64,000 nucleotides of DNA. It comes from Mobula hypostoma (Eukaryota). Under the pieces are notes generated by a model that was given only the letters and a program-made list of their open reading frames with translations, was not told the origin of the DNA and did not search any database. Each line of letters starts with the position of its first letter. Within the stretch, counting starts at the first letter, position 1. Made by a program: the position numbers and the translations under genes. Below, one piece after another: positions 1-13,665 of this stretch. The stretch lies in contig NC_086097.1 in NCBI RefSeq assembly GCF_963921235.1, positions 33,110,001 through 33,174,000 on the forward strand, in the 5' to 3' direction.

Positions 1-469
1 ATATTTACATAAAATAAGGAAATACATAGAATTTACGAAAAACTATATATAAAGACTGAATAAATGGCATGACTTGGCACTGCACAGGGTTAAATGCAAT
101 TTGACTGTGATTTGTTAGTGTGACTGAAATAAACAAAACCATCTGAATGTTTATCTACCACGGAAAATGTCCTTTATGAGCTCAGTGTATTGTAGCAATG
201 TAAATGAGTGTTTTTTTACACACAAACAAATCAGACCCTGATGTAAAAGCTTAAGGGTATCGACGCCTGCGGCACTGGAGTTCATTGTCTCAATCAACAT
301 ATGGATTTGTAAAAAAGCAAGTAATGTAATGGTTGATAGTGCATGGGGGTGTTTGTGAGGAGGTACGCTATGATGAAAGAATAACTGAACTGCTTGAGCT
401 GCCTCATACAGAACGGGGTTCAGTAGCTGTGAGAATAAGGGCTGGAAGCCACAAAGAGACAGCTCTTTT

Positions 470-930
470 GAGAATGAAATCAAGAATGTTGCCGGGTCTT
501 GAGTTGTAGGGAAAGGTTGAATAGGTTAGGACTTTATTCACTGGAGCATAGGATAATGAGGGGAGACTTGACTGAGGTATACAAAATTATGAGTGGTATA
601 GATAGAGTAAATGCAAGCAAACTTTTTTCCACTGAGGTTGGGTAAGACTAGCACTAGGTCATGAGTTAACGGTGAAAGGTGAGTATTTAAGACGAAACCT
701 AATGGGGATCTCCACTCAGAGGGTGATGCACGTGTAGAAGGAGCTGCCAGCGGAAGTGGTGGATGTGGGTTCGATTGCAACATTTAAAAGGAGTTTGGAT
801 CATTCCATGGATGGAAGGGATATGAAGGGCTATGGTCCAAATGCAGATCAACAGGATTAGGCAGAATAACAGTTTGGCATGATGGGCCGAAGGGCCTGTT
901 TCTGTGCTGTAGTGCTTTGTGACTCTGGGA
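470..930 (+). mobile_element. Degenerate CR1 LINE 3' fragment
   Basis: Degenerate LGLYSLE..RMRGDL.EVYKIM coding remnant and the CR1 3' end gggccgaagggcctgtttctgtgctgta. Confidence 0.75.
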
Positions 931-2069
931 AACACTTCTTGAGTAGTGAAGAGTTGGATTTCAATCCTTAGTTTAAACTCCTCCCTCACCACCCCCCACC
1001 TCAAATGAAAAGGTGAAAATGATTGAAGCCAAAACTAATTTTGATAGATTTTCATTGGACAAACTATCATGGGATTTGCTGCAATTGAGTTAAAATACAG
1101 GTCAGCCAACATGAGGAATTTGCTTATGGCCCTGAGTGGCTTTTTCCTACTCCTATAACAAAATATGCACAAAAGAAAAGATTTCTTAATGGAACAAAAT
1201 AGCCAGCCAGAGAAGAATATCAAGTAACAGAGAAACAAGCTATAGCATAGATACTGTAGCTAAAGAGTTAGTACACAGAAATACCCAGAAGGGCTGTGCT
1301 GGTAATAGAGAGTCCTACAGAGGTGGTGGTGTCATTCATAAGCTGGTTTCAGGAGCTGCAAAGTGATGCAGAATAATGGATGGAGATGGCAGGGGTCTGT
1401 GTGACGAGGTTGGCGGGCACACACTGATGGGCATGAGTGAAGATGGATCACGCTGAGGTTTACTTTGATTGAACCTTGCAGACTGGTGAAGTATCAAAAT
1501 AGGATGTGACAAAAGGATGGGTAGTTCTTCAGTGATATTTGGATTTGACATGTACTGTTGCATATAAGGACACAAGTGGGCTTGTCATGGATAACGAAGT
1601 AACTTAAAGGGGGCAAACAGCTTCAAGCTGGGGCAGAGCATTGGAGTGGGGGCAGGTTATGATGGCAGCTGAGTACAATAGTATCTAGCTGGAAGCATTT
1701 TGCCCTTGAGCTGTTGTGATATTACATTGGATGGGCAGTCTGTATGTCAACTACCTTAAAGAACACCAATGCCTTGACTGATCAAGTCCCAGTACTCCAT
1801 TGAGGATGATTGTTTCAGAATCTCAGCTGCGATACAAAGGTGGAAGAGATAGCAAAGTAGATTGCAGAACCCAGAAAGTTGGAAGTTGATGACTAAAGTG
1901 TTGAAGTTTGAGACCCGTTCTGGTCTGTTTTATATAATTCATGCTTCCTCCTCAACCATGACTTCTACTCTTATTTACCATTAACATCGTAAAGCAGCAC
2001 CACAATGCATCATCAAACCAAAACTTGCCCAATCCACATAATTGTTATAAGACTTCAGATATTAAGGTG

Positions 2070-2384
2070 CAACCGTAATATTAACAGCTAGTGTAACACT
2101 TTATAGCACCAGTGATCGGAGTTCAATTCCCGCTGTAAGAAGTTTGTATGTTCTCCCCATGACCACACTGGTTTTCTCCAGGTTCTTCAGTTTCCTCACA
2201 CGTTCCAAAGATGTACGATTTAAGGTTAATAAGTTGTGGGCATGCGATGTTGGTGCTGGAAGCATGGCGACACTCGTGGGCTGCCACCAGCACATCCTCG
2301 GACTGTGTTGATAGTTGATGCAAACTACATGTTTCACTCTATGTTTCATTGTTTCTATATATATGTGACAAATAAAACCAAACT
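2070..2384 (+). mobile_element. V-SINE-like tRNA-derived SINE
   Basis: B-box-like gttcaattcc followed by V-domain-like agtttgtatgttctcccc...gtttcctc; several other copies in the window. Confidence 0.7.
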
Positions 2385-2806
2385 CAAAAAAATGAAGGAG
2401 AGAGATAGAATTCTAAGGGTGGAATACCAGAGCTTGGAGCCGTAGCTGAAGCAGAAAAGCTGGCAGAGGAATGGTTTCCAGCTGTGAGCATGGAGACCTC
2501 AGAGGGTTGTAGACAGTGGCTTTGGTTTTCCCGTAGTTCAGTTTGATGGGCGTTCTGCTCATTCAGCATTGAATGAGGTAATCATCCAAATTATAGATAG
2601 TGGTGAGAGTGGGAGTTGACAAAAGGGGTAATAGTGAAGTGGGACTGGTTGTCAGCAGCCAACACATGGAAACTGATACTGAAGTTGATAAGTATCTCAG
2701 CAAGTATATTTAAGAATGTGTGAGGGTGGGGAGAGGATTTGCTATCCACATTGAAGATGGATGACTTTTATTGAAAGATAACAGCTGATTTCTTTTCTAT
2801 CGATAG

Positions 2807-2895
2807 GATTCATCTGTCACAACCCAATAGTACGACCAGGCAGACAGGGGAAGACTGGTTGTGATCCCGCAGCTCGGCCTCAGTATCATAAACCG
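2807..2895 (+). CDS. TTLL5: TTLL5 internal coding exon (first in window), phase 1 to 0: (G)FICHNPIVRPGRQGKTGCDPAARPQYHKP
   Basis: Acceptor tttcttttctatcgatag, donor gtaaag; 89 nt; resembles recalled mammalian TTLL5 GFVCQDP...FQKP; phase fits the next exon. Confidence 0.8.
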
Positions 2896-3159
2896 GTAAA
2901 GTATTACCTTTCAAACCATATCACTCTGATTAGGTATATGGGGTCAGAGGCTATTTTAGGTGTAACCGTTGGTTGAAAAAGTGGCACCCCTGCCTCTTAA
3001 CTAAATCTCTTGAGCTCTCGCTCTCTCTTGCATTTATGTCTGTACCTTTGCTCCTTAAACTTATGCCTTTCAGTTTTCTTCTTCAGCAGTTTTTGTTCCT
3101 GCGTCCAAATATTTCCTGTTGTATAATGATGGTACCTTGTGAAGCGCCAAAGGAAATTT

Positions 3160-3860
3160 CAGAATCAGGTTTAATATCACTGGCATATCTCATGAACTTT
3201 GTTCTTTTGTGGCAGCAGTACAGTGCAATACACAATTAAAAAAAACCTATGAATTACAATACAAAAAATATATAAATTAACTGAAGTAATTAGTGTAAAA
3301 AGAGAGCAAAAGATAAAGTGAGGTAGTGTACATGGATTCATTGTCCTTTCGGAAATCTGATAGCGAAGGGGAAGAAGCTGTTCCTAAAACACTGAGTGTG
3401 TGTCTTCAGGCTCCTGTGCCTCCTCTGTGATGCTAGCAATGAGAAGAGGGCATATCCTGAGTGATTGGGGTCCGTAATGATAGATGCCACCTTTTTGAGG
3501 CATCGCCTTTTAAAGATGTCCTTCATACTGGGGAGGCTAGTGCCCATGATGAAGTGGCTGAGTTTGCAATTTTCTACAGAATTTTCCAATCCTGTGCAGT
3601 GGCCTCTCAATACCAGACAGTGATGCATCCAGCTAGAATGCTCTCCACAGTACATCTGCAGAAACTTGTTAGAATCCTTGGTGACATACCAATTCCCCTC
3701 AAACTCTTAATAAAATATAACTACCAATGTGCCTCCTTTGTAATTGCATCAATTGCCCAAGGTAGATCTTCAGAGATATTGACACCCAGCAACTTAAAGC
3801 TGCTCACCCTTTCCACTGCTGATCCTGTAATGAGGACTGGTGTGTGTTTCCTCGACTTTC
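3160..3860 (-). mobile_element. Rex1/Babar-like LINE 3' fragment
   Basis: Minus-strand ORF remnant ...KRRCLKKVASIITDP...FRNSFFPFAIR; (tcagaa)n-type tail at the left end. Confidence 0.7.
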
Positions 3861-3899
3861 TGGACATTACTGCCTTGCGATATTGTCTGACCAAACACT

Positions 3900-4684
3900 T
3901 TTACATGGAATCATGGAGTGGCAGAGCAAAGAAATGAGTCTTTGGCCACAGCGTGATACTGATCATTTTGCCCATCTAAGCTAATTTCATTGTTTCCATT
4001 AGGTTTGTATCATTGTATGCTTTGCCTATTCAAGTTCCTGTCTCTTAATCATGGTAATTGTATCTGATTCTACCATCTCCTCTGATTTCCAGATATCAGC
4101 CATTCTCTGTGTTCCAAAAAATCTTTCCCCTCAGATCCCCTTTCAAGTTCCTTTCTCTCATTTTAAGTCTATGCTCACTTTGGTACCCCTGCCAGAGGAT
4201 TTGACCACCTACCTCATCCACACCTCTTATAATTGTGTAAACTTCTGTCAGATCACCCTTGGCCTCCTTCATTCTGGGGGAAACAACCCCTGTCTATCCA
4301 ATCTCTCCCCATAACTAAAGCCTTTCAGTCCAGGCAACATCCTGGTGAATCTCCTCTGAGTCAGACTACTTGGAATATTGTGTGCAGCTGTAGGTGCCAC
4401 ATTGTAGGAAGGGTGTACAAAGTTGTAGTATAGCATACCAAATGTTATATTTTATGCACCACCTACAAAGGCAAGCATACCACATGCTTCTTTCTCTACT
4501 CTATCTACTTGTGTTGCCATTTTCAGGGAACTGTACACTTGAGCCCCCAAGGTCCTGCTGTTCATCAACATTCCTTAGTACCTTACTAATAGTTCTATAT
4601 GTCTTACCTCTATTTGACTTGCCAAAGTACATCTCCTCACCTTGTCAAAATTAACTCCCATCTTCCAACATTGTACCCAGCTTT
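3900..4684 (-). mobile_element. Old degenerate CR1 3' fragment
   Basis: Reverse-complement similarity to CR1 ORF2 C-terminal regions elsewhere in the window. Confidence 0.55.
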
Positions 4685-7600
4685 CCATAAGACCATAAGA
4701 CAAAGGAGCAGAAGTAGGCCATTCGGCCCATCGAGTCTGCTCCGCCATTTTATCATGAGCTGATCCATTTTATCCTATTTAGTCCCACTGCCCCGCCTTC
4801 TCACCATAACCTTTGATGCCCTGGCTACTCAGATACCTATCAATCTCTGCCTTAAATACGCCCAATGACTTGGCCTCCACTGCTGCCCATGGCAACAAAT
4901 TCCATAGATTCACTACCCTCTGACTAAAAAAATTTCTTCACATTTCTGTTCTGAAAGGGCGCCCTTCAATCCTGAAGTCATGCCCTCTCGTACTAGACTC
5001 CCCCATCATGGGAAACAACTTTGCCACATCCACTCTGTCCATGCCTTTTAACATTCGAAATGTTTCTATGAGGTCTCCCCTCATTCTTCTAAACTCCAAG
5101 GAATACAGTCCAAGAGCAGACAAACGTTCCTCATATGTTAACCCTCTCATTCCCGGAATCATTCTTGTGAATCTTCTCTGTACCCTCTCCAACGTCAGCA
5201 CATCCTTTCTTAAATAAGGAGACCAAAACTGCCCACAGTACTCCAAGTGAGGTCTCACCAGCCCCTTATAGAGCCTCAACATCACATCCCTGCTCCTATA
5301 CTCTATTCCTCTAGAAATGAATGCCAACATTGCATTTGCCTTCTTCACTACTGACTCAACCTGGAGGTTAACTTTAAGGGAATCCTGTACGAGGACTCCC
5401 AAGTCCCGTTGCATCTCAGAACTTTGAATTCTTTCCCCATTTAAATAATAGTCTGCCCGTTTATTTTTTCTGCCAAAGTGCATAACCATACACTTTCCAA
5501 CATTGTACTTCATTTGCCACTTCTCTTCCCATTCTTCCAATCTATCCAAGTCTCTCTGCAGACTCTCCATTTCCTCAGCACTACCGGCCCCTCCACCTAT
5601 CTTCGTATCGTCAGCAAACTTAGCCACAAAGCCATCTATTCCATAATCCAGATCGTTGATGTACAATGTAAAAAGAAGCAGCCCCAACACTGATCCCTGT
5701 GGAACACCACTGGTAACCGGCAGCCAACCAGAATAGGATCCCTTTATTCCCACTCTCTGTTTCCTGCCAATCAGCCAACGCTCTATCCACGTATGTAACT
5801 TTCCCGTAATTCCATGGGCTCTTATCTTGTTAAGTAGCCTCATGTGTGGCACCTTGTCAAACGCCTTCTGAAAATCCAAATATACAACATCCACTGCAGC
5901 TCCCTTGTTTAGCCTACTGGTAATTTCCTCAAAAAATTGTAATAGGTTTGTCAGGCAGGATTTTCCTTTAAGGAATCCATGCTGAGTTCTGCCTATCTTG
6001 TCATATGCCTCCAGGTACTCTGTAACCTCATCCTTGACAATCGACTCCAACAACTTCCCAACCACCGACGTCAAGCTAACAGGTCTATAATTTCCTTTTT
6101 GCTTCCTTGCCACCTTCTTAAATAGCGGAGTGACATTTGCAATCTTCCAGTCTTCCGGAACCATGCCAGAATCTATCGACTTTTGAAAGATCATCGCTAA
6201 TGCCTCCGCAATCTCCACAGCTACTTCCTTCAGAACACGAGGGTGCATTCCATCTGGTCCAGGAGATTTATCGACCTTTAGCCTATTCAGCTTCCTGAGT
6301 ACTTTCTCTGATGTAATTGTGACTGCGCACACTTCTCTTCCCTGCCACCCTTGAGTGTCCGGTATCCTGCTGTCTTCCTCAGTGAAGACTGATGCAAAAT
6401 ACTTGTTCAGTTCCTCTGCCATCTCCTCATCTCCCATTACAATTTCTCCAGTATCATTTTCTATCAGTCCTATATCTACTCTCACCTGTCTTTTACTCTT
6501 TATATACTTGAAAAAGCTTTTAGTATCCTCTTTGATATTATTTGCTAGTTTCCTTTCATAGTTAATCTTTTCTCTCTTAATGACCTTCTTGGTTTCCTTT
6601 TGTAAGGTTTTAAAAACTTCCCAATCCCCTGTCTTCCCACTAATTTTTGCTTCCTTGTATGCCCTCTCCTTTGCTTTAAATTTGGCTTTGACTTCTCTTG
6701 TCAACCATGGTTGCATCCTTTTTCCACTCGAAAATTTCTTCTTTTTTGGAATATACCTGTCTTGCACATTCCTCATTTCTCGCATAAACTCCAGCCACTG
6801 CTGCTCTGCCGTCTTTCCCGCCAGTGTCTCTTTCCAGTCAACTTTGGCCAGTTCCTCTCTCATGCCACTGTAATTTCCTTTACTCCACTGAAACACCGAC
6901 ACATCAGATTTTGGCTTCTCTTTTTCTAATTTCACAGTGAACTCAATCATGTTATGATCACTGCCTCCTAAGGGTTCCTTCACCTCAATCTCTCCAATCA
7001 CCTCCGGTTCATTACACAATACCAAATCCAGTACAGCCGATCCCCTAGTGGGCTCAACAACAAGCTGTTCTAAAAAGCCATCTCGCAGACATTCTACAAA
7101 TTCTCTCTCTTGAGATCCAGTGCCGACCTGATTTTTCCAATCTATTCGCATGTTAAAATCCCCCACAATTATCATAACACTGCTCTTCTGACAAGCCTTT
7201 TCTATTTCCAGTTGTAATTTGTAGTCCACATCCCTGCAGCTGTTTGGAGGCCTATAAATAACTGCCATCAGGGTCTTTTTACCCCTGCTATTCCTTAGCT
7301 CAACCCATAAAGATTCTGCACCTTCCGATCCTATATCACCTCTTTCTAACGATTTAATATCATTTCTTACCAATAAAGCCACGCCTCCCCCTCTGCCTAC
7401 CTTCCTATCTTTCTGATACACCGTGTATCCTTGGACGTTCAGCTCCCAGAGACATGCATCCTTTAGCCAGGTCTCAGTGATGGCCACAATATCATACCTG
7501 CCAATCTGTAGCTGTACAACAAGATCATCCACCTTATTCCTTATGCTGCGTGCATTTAAGTACAGCACCTTAAGACCAGTATTAGATACTTTTTGCTTTG

Positions 7601-8299
7601 ATTTCACTGCAACTTTATTGCACTTCAACTCATCCCAATGGCTACACATTTGCCCCATCACCTGCCTGTCTTTCCTGACATCTTTACTGCTCACTATCTT
7701 AGATTTATTTCTGTTATCCCCTTCCTCTGCTCTATCATTCCGGTTCCCATCCCCCTGCCAAATTAGTTTAAACCCTCCCTAACAGCTCTATTAAACTTTT
7801 CCGCCAGGATATTGGTCCCCTTCGGGTTCAGGTGTAACCTGTCCTTTTTGAACAGGTCATACTTTCCCCAGAAGAGATCCCAATTATCCAAGAATCTGAA
7901 GCTCTGCTCCCTACACCAGTCTCTCAGCCAGGCATTCATCTGCCTGATCCGACGACTCTTGCCCTCGCTAGCACGTGGCACAGGTAGCAATCCCGAGATT
8001 ACTACCCTGGAGGTCCTGCTTCTCAGCTTCCTTCCTAACTCCTAGAAATCTCTCTTCAGGACCTCCTCCTTTGTCCTATCTATGTTATTGGTACCAACAT
8101 GTACCAAGACAACTGGCTGCTCACCCTCCCCCTTTAGGATATTCAGGACCCGATCCGAGACATCCCGTACCCTAGCACCTGGGAGGCAACACACCATGCA
8201 GGTATCTCTGTCAGGCTCACAGAATCTCCTGTCTGTTCGCCTGACTATGGAATCCCCCACGACTACCGCATTTCTCTTCTCCCTCTTTCTCTCCTGCAT
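4685..8299 (-). mobile_element. Young 5'-truncated CR1 LINE (partial SGNH ORF1 and nearly intact ORF2)
   Basis: ORF1 remnants with VVGDSIV, LPGA, HVGTN, DRLH; ORF2 4938-7694; 3' tail (CTTATGGT)n seen as ccataagaccataagac at 4685. Confidence 0.95.
4938..7694 (-). pseudogene. CR1 ORF2 (APE endonuclease + reverse transcriptase), 918 codons, with a premature stop 52 codons before the natural stop at 4779-4781
   Basis: APE motifs YLNARS, ITETWL, GDFN, SDH; RT motifs [34 protein letters not shown]; frame continues RNFFSQRVV after the TGA. Confidence 0.93.
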
Positions 8300-9099
8300 A
8301 ACAGCATGTCCATGTTCAAATCAAATCAAATGGTTCCATTTAATATCAGAGAATGTATACATTATACAACCCTGAAATTCTTGCTCTTTGCAGACATCCA
8401 CAGAAAGGTACCTCAAAGAATGAGTAACAGTAAAAACGTTAGAACCCCAAAGCCCCTTCCTCCCTGCTCCCACACACATTGTGACTTACAGCCTGCATAG
8501 CCTTGACTATTCTTCCCTGCTGTCCACACCATCACTAATTTTCATGATATCCCCAAACTTACTAATCATGCCACCTATATTCACATCGAAGTTGTTCGTA
8601 GATAACATGCACAAAGACATCAAAGTTGAGTTTATTCTCATGCAGAAGTCCATGTGTGCACAGGTGCAATGAAAAACTTACTGCAGCAGCATCACAGGCA
8701 CATAACATCACATAAGCAGCATTCACAAGAAAAACATAAACATAAATTATATGCAATTTTTACAAGGATAGAACAAAAAATAACCACAAATATCCATTTA
8801 AGTGCAAAGTAATCCCAGTGATCATAGTGTTGCCACACTGAAGTGATTAGGGTTGCGCTGGCTGGTTCAGCTGTGATCCCTGCTATACATCACTGGTCAC
8901 AGATGGAGCATAACTTCTACCACCACCCTGTGCCCCCTATCACCAAGGATTCAGTTCGCCAGCTCTCCATGGATCTTCTGGACCAGTATCCCCATGTAGC
9001 ACCTTGTTAACTGACTTATTAAAGTCCACATAGACACCTCCTACTAGCCTTAACTTCATCAATCTTCTTAGTCACCTCCTCTTGTATAAATCTCTTCTG

Positions 9100-9850
9100 T
9101 AAATAGAGAGAAAATTCAAAAATCTGAGGTGCAAAGGGACTTGGGAATCCTTGTGCAGGATTCCCTAGAGGCTAATTTGCAGGTTGAGTCAGTGGTGAGG
9201 AAGGCAAATGCGATGTCAGCATTCATTTCGAGAAGACCAAAATACAAAAGCAAGGGTGTAATGTTGAGGCTTAATAAAGCACTGGTGGGACCTCACTTGG
9301 TGAGCAGTTTTGGGACCCTTATCTAAGAAAGGATGTGCTGACATTGGAGAAGGTTCAGGTATGGTTCATGAAAATGATGCTGGGATTGAGAGGCTTGTCA
9401 TATGAGGAACATTTGATGGCTCTGCACCCCTACTCACTGTAATTCAGAAGGATGAGGGGTAACCTCATTGAAACCAATCGAATGTTGAAAGGCCTCAAAA
9501 GAGTGGATGTGGAGAGGATGTTTCCAATGGTGGGGGAATCTAAGACCAGAGGGGACAGCCTCAGAATAGAGGGGCATCATTTTAGAACGAAAATGAGCAG
9601 GAACTTCTTGAGCCAGAAAGTGGTGAATCTGTGGAATTCATTGCCAGAGGCGCCTTTGGAGGCCAAGTCATTGGATATATTTAAGGCAGAGGTTCACAGA
9701 TTCTGGATTCGTCAGGGCATAAAGGGATAGGGGAAGAGGCAGGATATTGGGGCTGAGAAAGAAAATGGATCAGCCATGATGAAATGGTAGAGCAGACTCA
9801 ATGGGCCAAATGGCTTAAGTCTATGCCTATATATCTTATAAACCATTATA
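9100..9850 (+). mobile_element. CR1 3' fragment
   Basis: ORFs MQRDLGILVQDSL... and MRGNLIETNRMLKGL... are homologous to the ORF2 C-terminus at 4938-5400. Confidence 0.85.
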
Positions 9851-10299
9851 ATTACAAAAATCATTCACTACTCAAGTAGAGCACACCACAGATTGGTAAT
9901 AAATGCCTGCCTTGCATGTGGTATAATAACACCAATGATTTAAGATTATTCCTTATACTGCTAATATGGTCTAAAGAAAACAAATCTTAAACCAGAAGAT
10001 TTGATGATAAATCTTTCACCTGGTTTGTTTTCTGAGTAAAATTGTGTTAAATCTATCACCGCAAACAATGAAGGAGCAAGTGGAGGTGAATCTGATTTGA
10101 AGGATGCGCCATGTGGGTGCATCGTAAAGTTGAAGCACCTTTGTGTTCAAGACAGGGTCACAGCTGGAGTTGGTATTGCTGTTGGAGTTGGAGTGAGCAA
10201 TTTGGAGAGGCGATGCGGAAGAGTTTCAATGTCCATCTACCGTACCTGGGTGCGAGGTTGGATCGCTCCAAGTGCTGAGTCAATTTGGTGAGATTAGTG

Positions 10300-10630
10300 A
10301 TAGTCATAGTCATAGTCATACTTTATGATCCCGGGGGAAATTGGTTTTCGTTACAGTTGCTCCATAAATAATAAATAGTAATAAAACCATAAATAGTTAA
10401 ATAGTAATATGTAAATTATGCCAGTAAATTATGAAATAAGTCCAGGACCAGCCTATTGGCTCAAGGTGTCTGACCCTCCAAGGGAGGAGTTGTAAAGTTT
10501 GATGGCCACAGGCAGGAATGACTTCCTATGACGCTCTGTGTTGCATCTCGGTGGAATGAGTCTCTGGCTGAATGTACTCCTGTGCCCACCCAGTACATTA
10601 TGTAGTGGATGGGAGACATTGTCCAAGATT
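10300..10630 (-). mobile_element. Rex1-like LINE 3' end with (gtcata)n tail
   Basis: Shares ctttat..atcccg.gggaaattgg and ggaccagcctattggctca blocks with 23225-23560. Confidence 0.65.
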
Positions 10631-11616
10631 GAGATTGAGAATGGCTTTGGGCTGGGGGGCCCAAGCGTATCACCGCACTGGGATCTGGGTCCGAGAGTGA
10701 GGCACTATCTGGTGTTTGAATAATTTAAATGCCGATTCAGATAAACTGGAAAGCCTGAACGTCAGGACCAGAGGCAAGGGTCGGACTGATTTCACTCGCT
10801 CACCCATATTGTTCATTCATCTCCTGGCGGTGCACTGCTCTGGCTTCTGTGACACTGGCACCAAGTCTTAGGCCTACTCCAACTGCTCTGGGAGCAGATG
10901 TAAGGACTTATTCTGGTTGAGAACACAGTCGCTTGCTTCTATAGGTTGCTAGATTGTGTTTTATTTCTTTCTCTTTGTGCAGTGGTTTTTATCTTTCTTT
11001 TTTTAAAATACGTTCTTTGGGTTTCTTGCTTTGTGACTGCCTGTACGCAGACAAATCTCAAGGTGTATAATTTATACATTCTTTGATAATAAATGTATTT
11101 TGAATTTCTTGAATTTTAAATACCGACTTCATATTTTATTTATTTATTTAGCTACTTGGTTAGCTATCTGTCTTTTCATTCATTATTGCTCATTCTTAAT
11201 TGTTTTTGAGGTGATGGTGATCTGCTACACACTGTGTGCTAAAACTTCTTCCGGTTTGCTGTTGAACATTTATTTAGTTTAGGATTTTGACCCAGCAACT
11301 ATGGAGGAATGAGTATATGTTTGCTGTTATTTGAGTGAGAGTGTGTGCAAGTAGTGTAGGTTCTCTCATCATCTTGTCTGGTGTGTGAGTTCATTTAGCC
11401 TGGTGTGATGGTGCTCTTGTATAACACTATGCGAATGATGCCGAAGGTCTCCCATTTGCACGCACTCTGTACCTTTGCTGCCACTTGAAGCTTTTTCCAC
11501 AGATGTTCAGTATGTTGGTGTTTTGTTTGGCTTTGTATATGGTAATCATCTGGAAGTCTTCTTGCCTGTGGTCTGAATCAGTGTTGAGAAGTATCTGGAT
11601 TGGCTCCCCTATCCCA

Positions 11617-12100
11617 ATGTGGAAGCATTGGAATGGGTACAGAGGGTATTTACCAGGATGCTGCCTGGTTTAGAGAGTATGGATTATGATCAGAGATTAA
11701 GGGAGCTAGGGCTTTACTCTTTGGAGAGAAGGAGGATGAGAGGATTCATGATAGAGGTATACAAAATATTAGGAGGAATAGATGGAGTGGATACCCAGCG
11801 CCTCTTCCCCAGGGCACCACTGCTCAATACAAGAGGACATGGCTTTAAGGTAAGGGGTGGGAAGTTCAAGGGGGATATTAGAGGAAGATTTTTTACTCAG
11901 AGAGTGGTTGGTGTGTGGAATGCACTGCCTGAGTCAGTGGTGAAGGCAGATACACTAGTGAAGTTTAAGAGAGTACTAGACAGGTATATGGAGGAATTTA
12001 AGGTGGGGGGTTATATGGGAGGCAGGGTTTGAGGGTTAGCACAACAATGTGGACCGAAGGGCCTGTACTGTGCTGTACTATTCTATGTTCTATGTTCTAC
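11617..12100 (+). mobile_element. Young CR1 3' fragment with (TTCTATG)n tail
   Basis: 137-aa ORF EALEWVQRVFTRMLPGLE...; very similar to 36992-37471. Confidence 0.92.
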
Positions 12101-12504
12101 AATATACCACCTCTGGTTGGTTTGTCCTCAAGACTCACCAATGGTGATGGATGACTCAGTGATTTTGACTGAACGGTATAGCTCAGTGTACGTAACTGTT
12201 CCTTGACTAGTCAGCGACACTGTCTCTCAATGCTGAATGCAGTCTCCAGATATTTATGTAATGGGATTGCCATGGCCCCTCAGAACATAAAAATATACAA
12301 GAGCCCTTCAATTGGACTACCATTCAATAAGGTCATGACTGACTATTAACCTCAGCACTATTTTTATAGGCATAGATTGAGTGGACAGCCAGAGACTTTT
12401 TCCCCAGGTGGAATTGGCTAATACAAGGAGCTTAACTTTAAGGTGATTGGAGTAATGTATGCCGGGGGGGGGGGATGTCAGATGTAGTTTATTTTAATAT
12501 ATAA

Positions 12505-12875
12505 AGTTCAAAGTAAGTTTATTTTCGAAGTACATATATGTCATTGAATACAACACTGAGATTTATTTTTGTGCAGTGAATCCAAGAAACACAATAAAAG
12601 ACTGCAGCCAATAGGACAGATAAACAACCAATGTGCGAAAGGCAACGAACTGTGCAAATACAAAAGAAAAAAAATAAACAGTATGAAAAACATTAGACAA
12701 AGAGTCCTAGTCGTTGAAAGTGAGTTCATAGGTTGTGGGAACAGTTCAGTGATGGGTTGAGTGAAGTTATCCCCTCTGGTTGAAGGACGGTCTCTGAACC
12801 CGGTAGTGTGGGTCTTGAGGGTCCTGTACCACCTTCCTGCTGGCAACAGCAAAAAGAGATCATCAGATGATGGCA
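12505..12875 (-). mobile_element. Rex1-like LINE 3' end
   Basis: Minus-strand LFLLLPAGRWYRTLKTHTTGFRD remnant and tail. Confidence 0.65.
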
Positions 12876-12959
12876 CGACTGAATGTGGGTGATAGCTTAC
12901 TGGTGATTTTCAAAGAAAGAGATTCAGCTAAATACTCTATTAATAACACTTTTTATATG

Positions 12960-13665
12960 GAAAATTGTGTTAAGTGATCATCACAAACAATGAAGAGGTG
13001 AACGAAGGTAAGGCTGATCCAAGGGTTAAGGTGTGCGGGTGTGAGGTGGAGTTGGAGAGAAGGGAATGGAGAAAAGTTGGAGCAGAGTTATTTTGGAGCC
13101 CATCTAAACCAAGAGCGAGGTTTGATCCATTTAGGCGTGCTGATTTGGAAAGGTCGAGTACGTGTTAGAAGCGGCCCAGAGCATATCTCTGTGGCGGGGC
13201 CTGGGTCTGAGTGTGGGTGGTGAACCGGTGCTTGGACAATTAAAACACCAGGCCAGATTGACTGAAAACACAGGGTGTTGGGACTGGAGGCGAGAGTCGA
13301 GTCAGTTCTGGTCCACTTCATTTTACTTCCCTCTCCTCTCCTCGGAGCTGAGGCTGAGGCTGTGAGACTGCTCTGGCTGCTACGTGCTTCGTGGCGATAT
13401 GCTCCACTATATGATGAGCTGAGACAAAGCCTATGGGCCTATTCCGACGTCTCTGGGATTCGAGACTATGGACTCAGTTTGGTTCAGGTTGCTTACTTTT
13501 GTTGTTTGGATGATTTGTGTTTTCATTCCTCTTCTCTGTGTATTGGGTGTTGGTCATTTTGGTAATTGTGTTTTTTGGGCTTCTTGCTTTGTGGCTGCCT
13601 GTAAGCAGAAAAATCTCAAGGTTGTGTAATTCATACATACTTTGATAATAAATGTACTTTGAACT
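12960..13665 (+). mobile_element. LINE-type long 3' UTR fragment ending AATAAATGTACTTTGAACTTT; related pieces at ~10630-11110 and ~51290-52210
   Basis: Shared terminal block aatctcaaggttgt..ttcatacatactttgataataaatgtactttgaa at three loci. Confidence 0.55.

Noticed and set aside
3461..3937. Antisense ORFs over LINEs (this 158-aa ORF and many similar)
   Set aside because: Reverse-strand shadows of Rex1 or CR1 coding sequence with no independent support.
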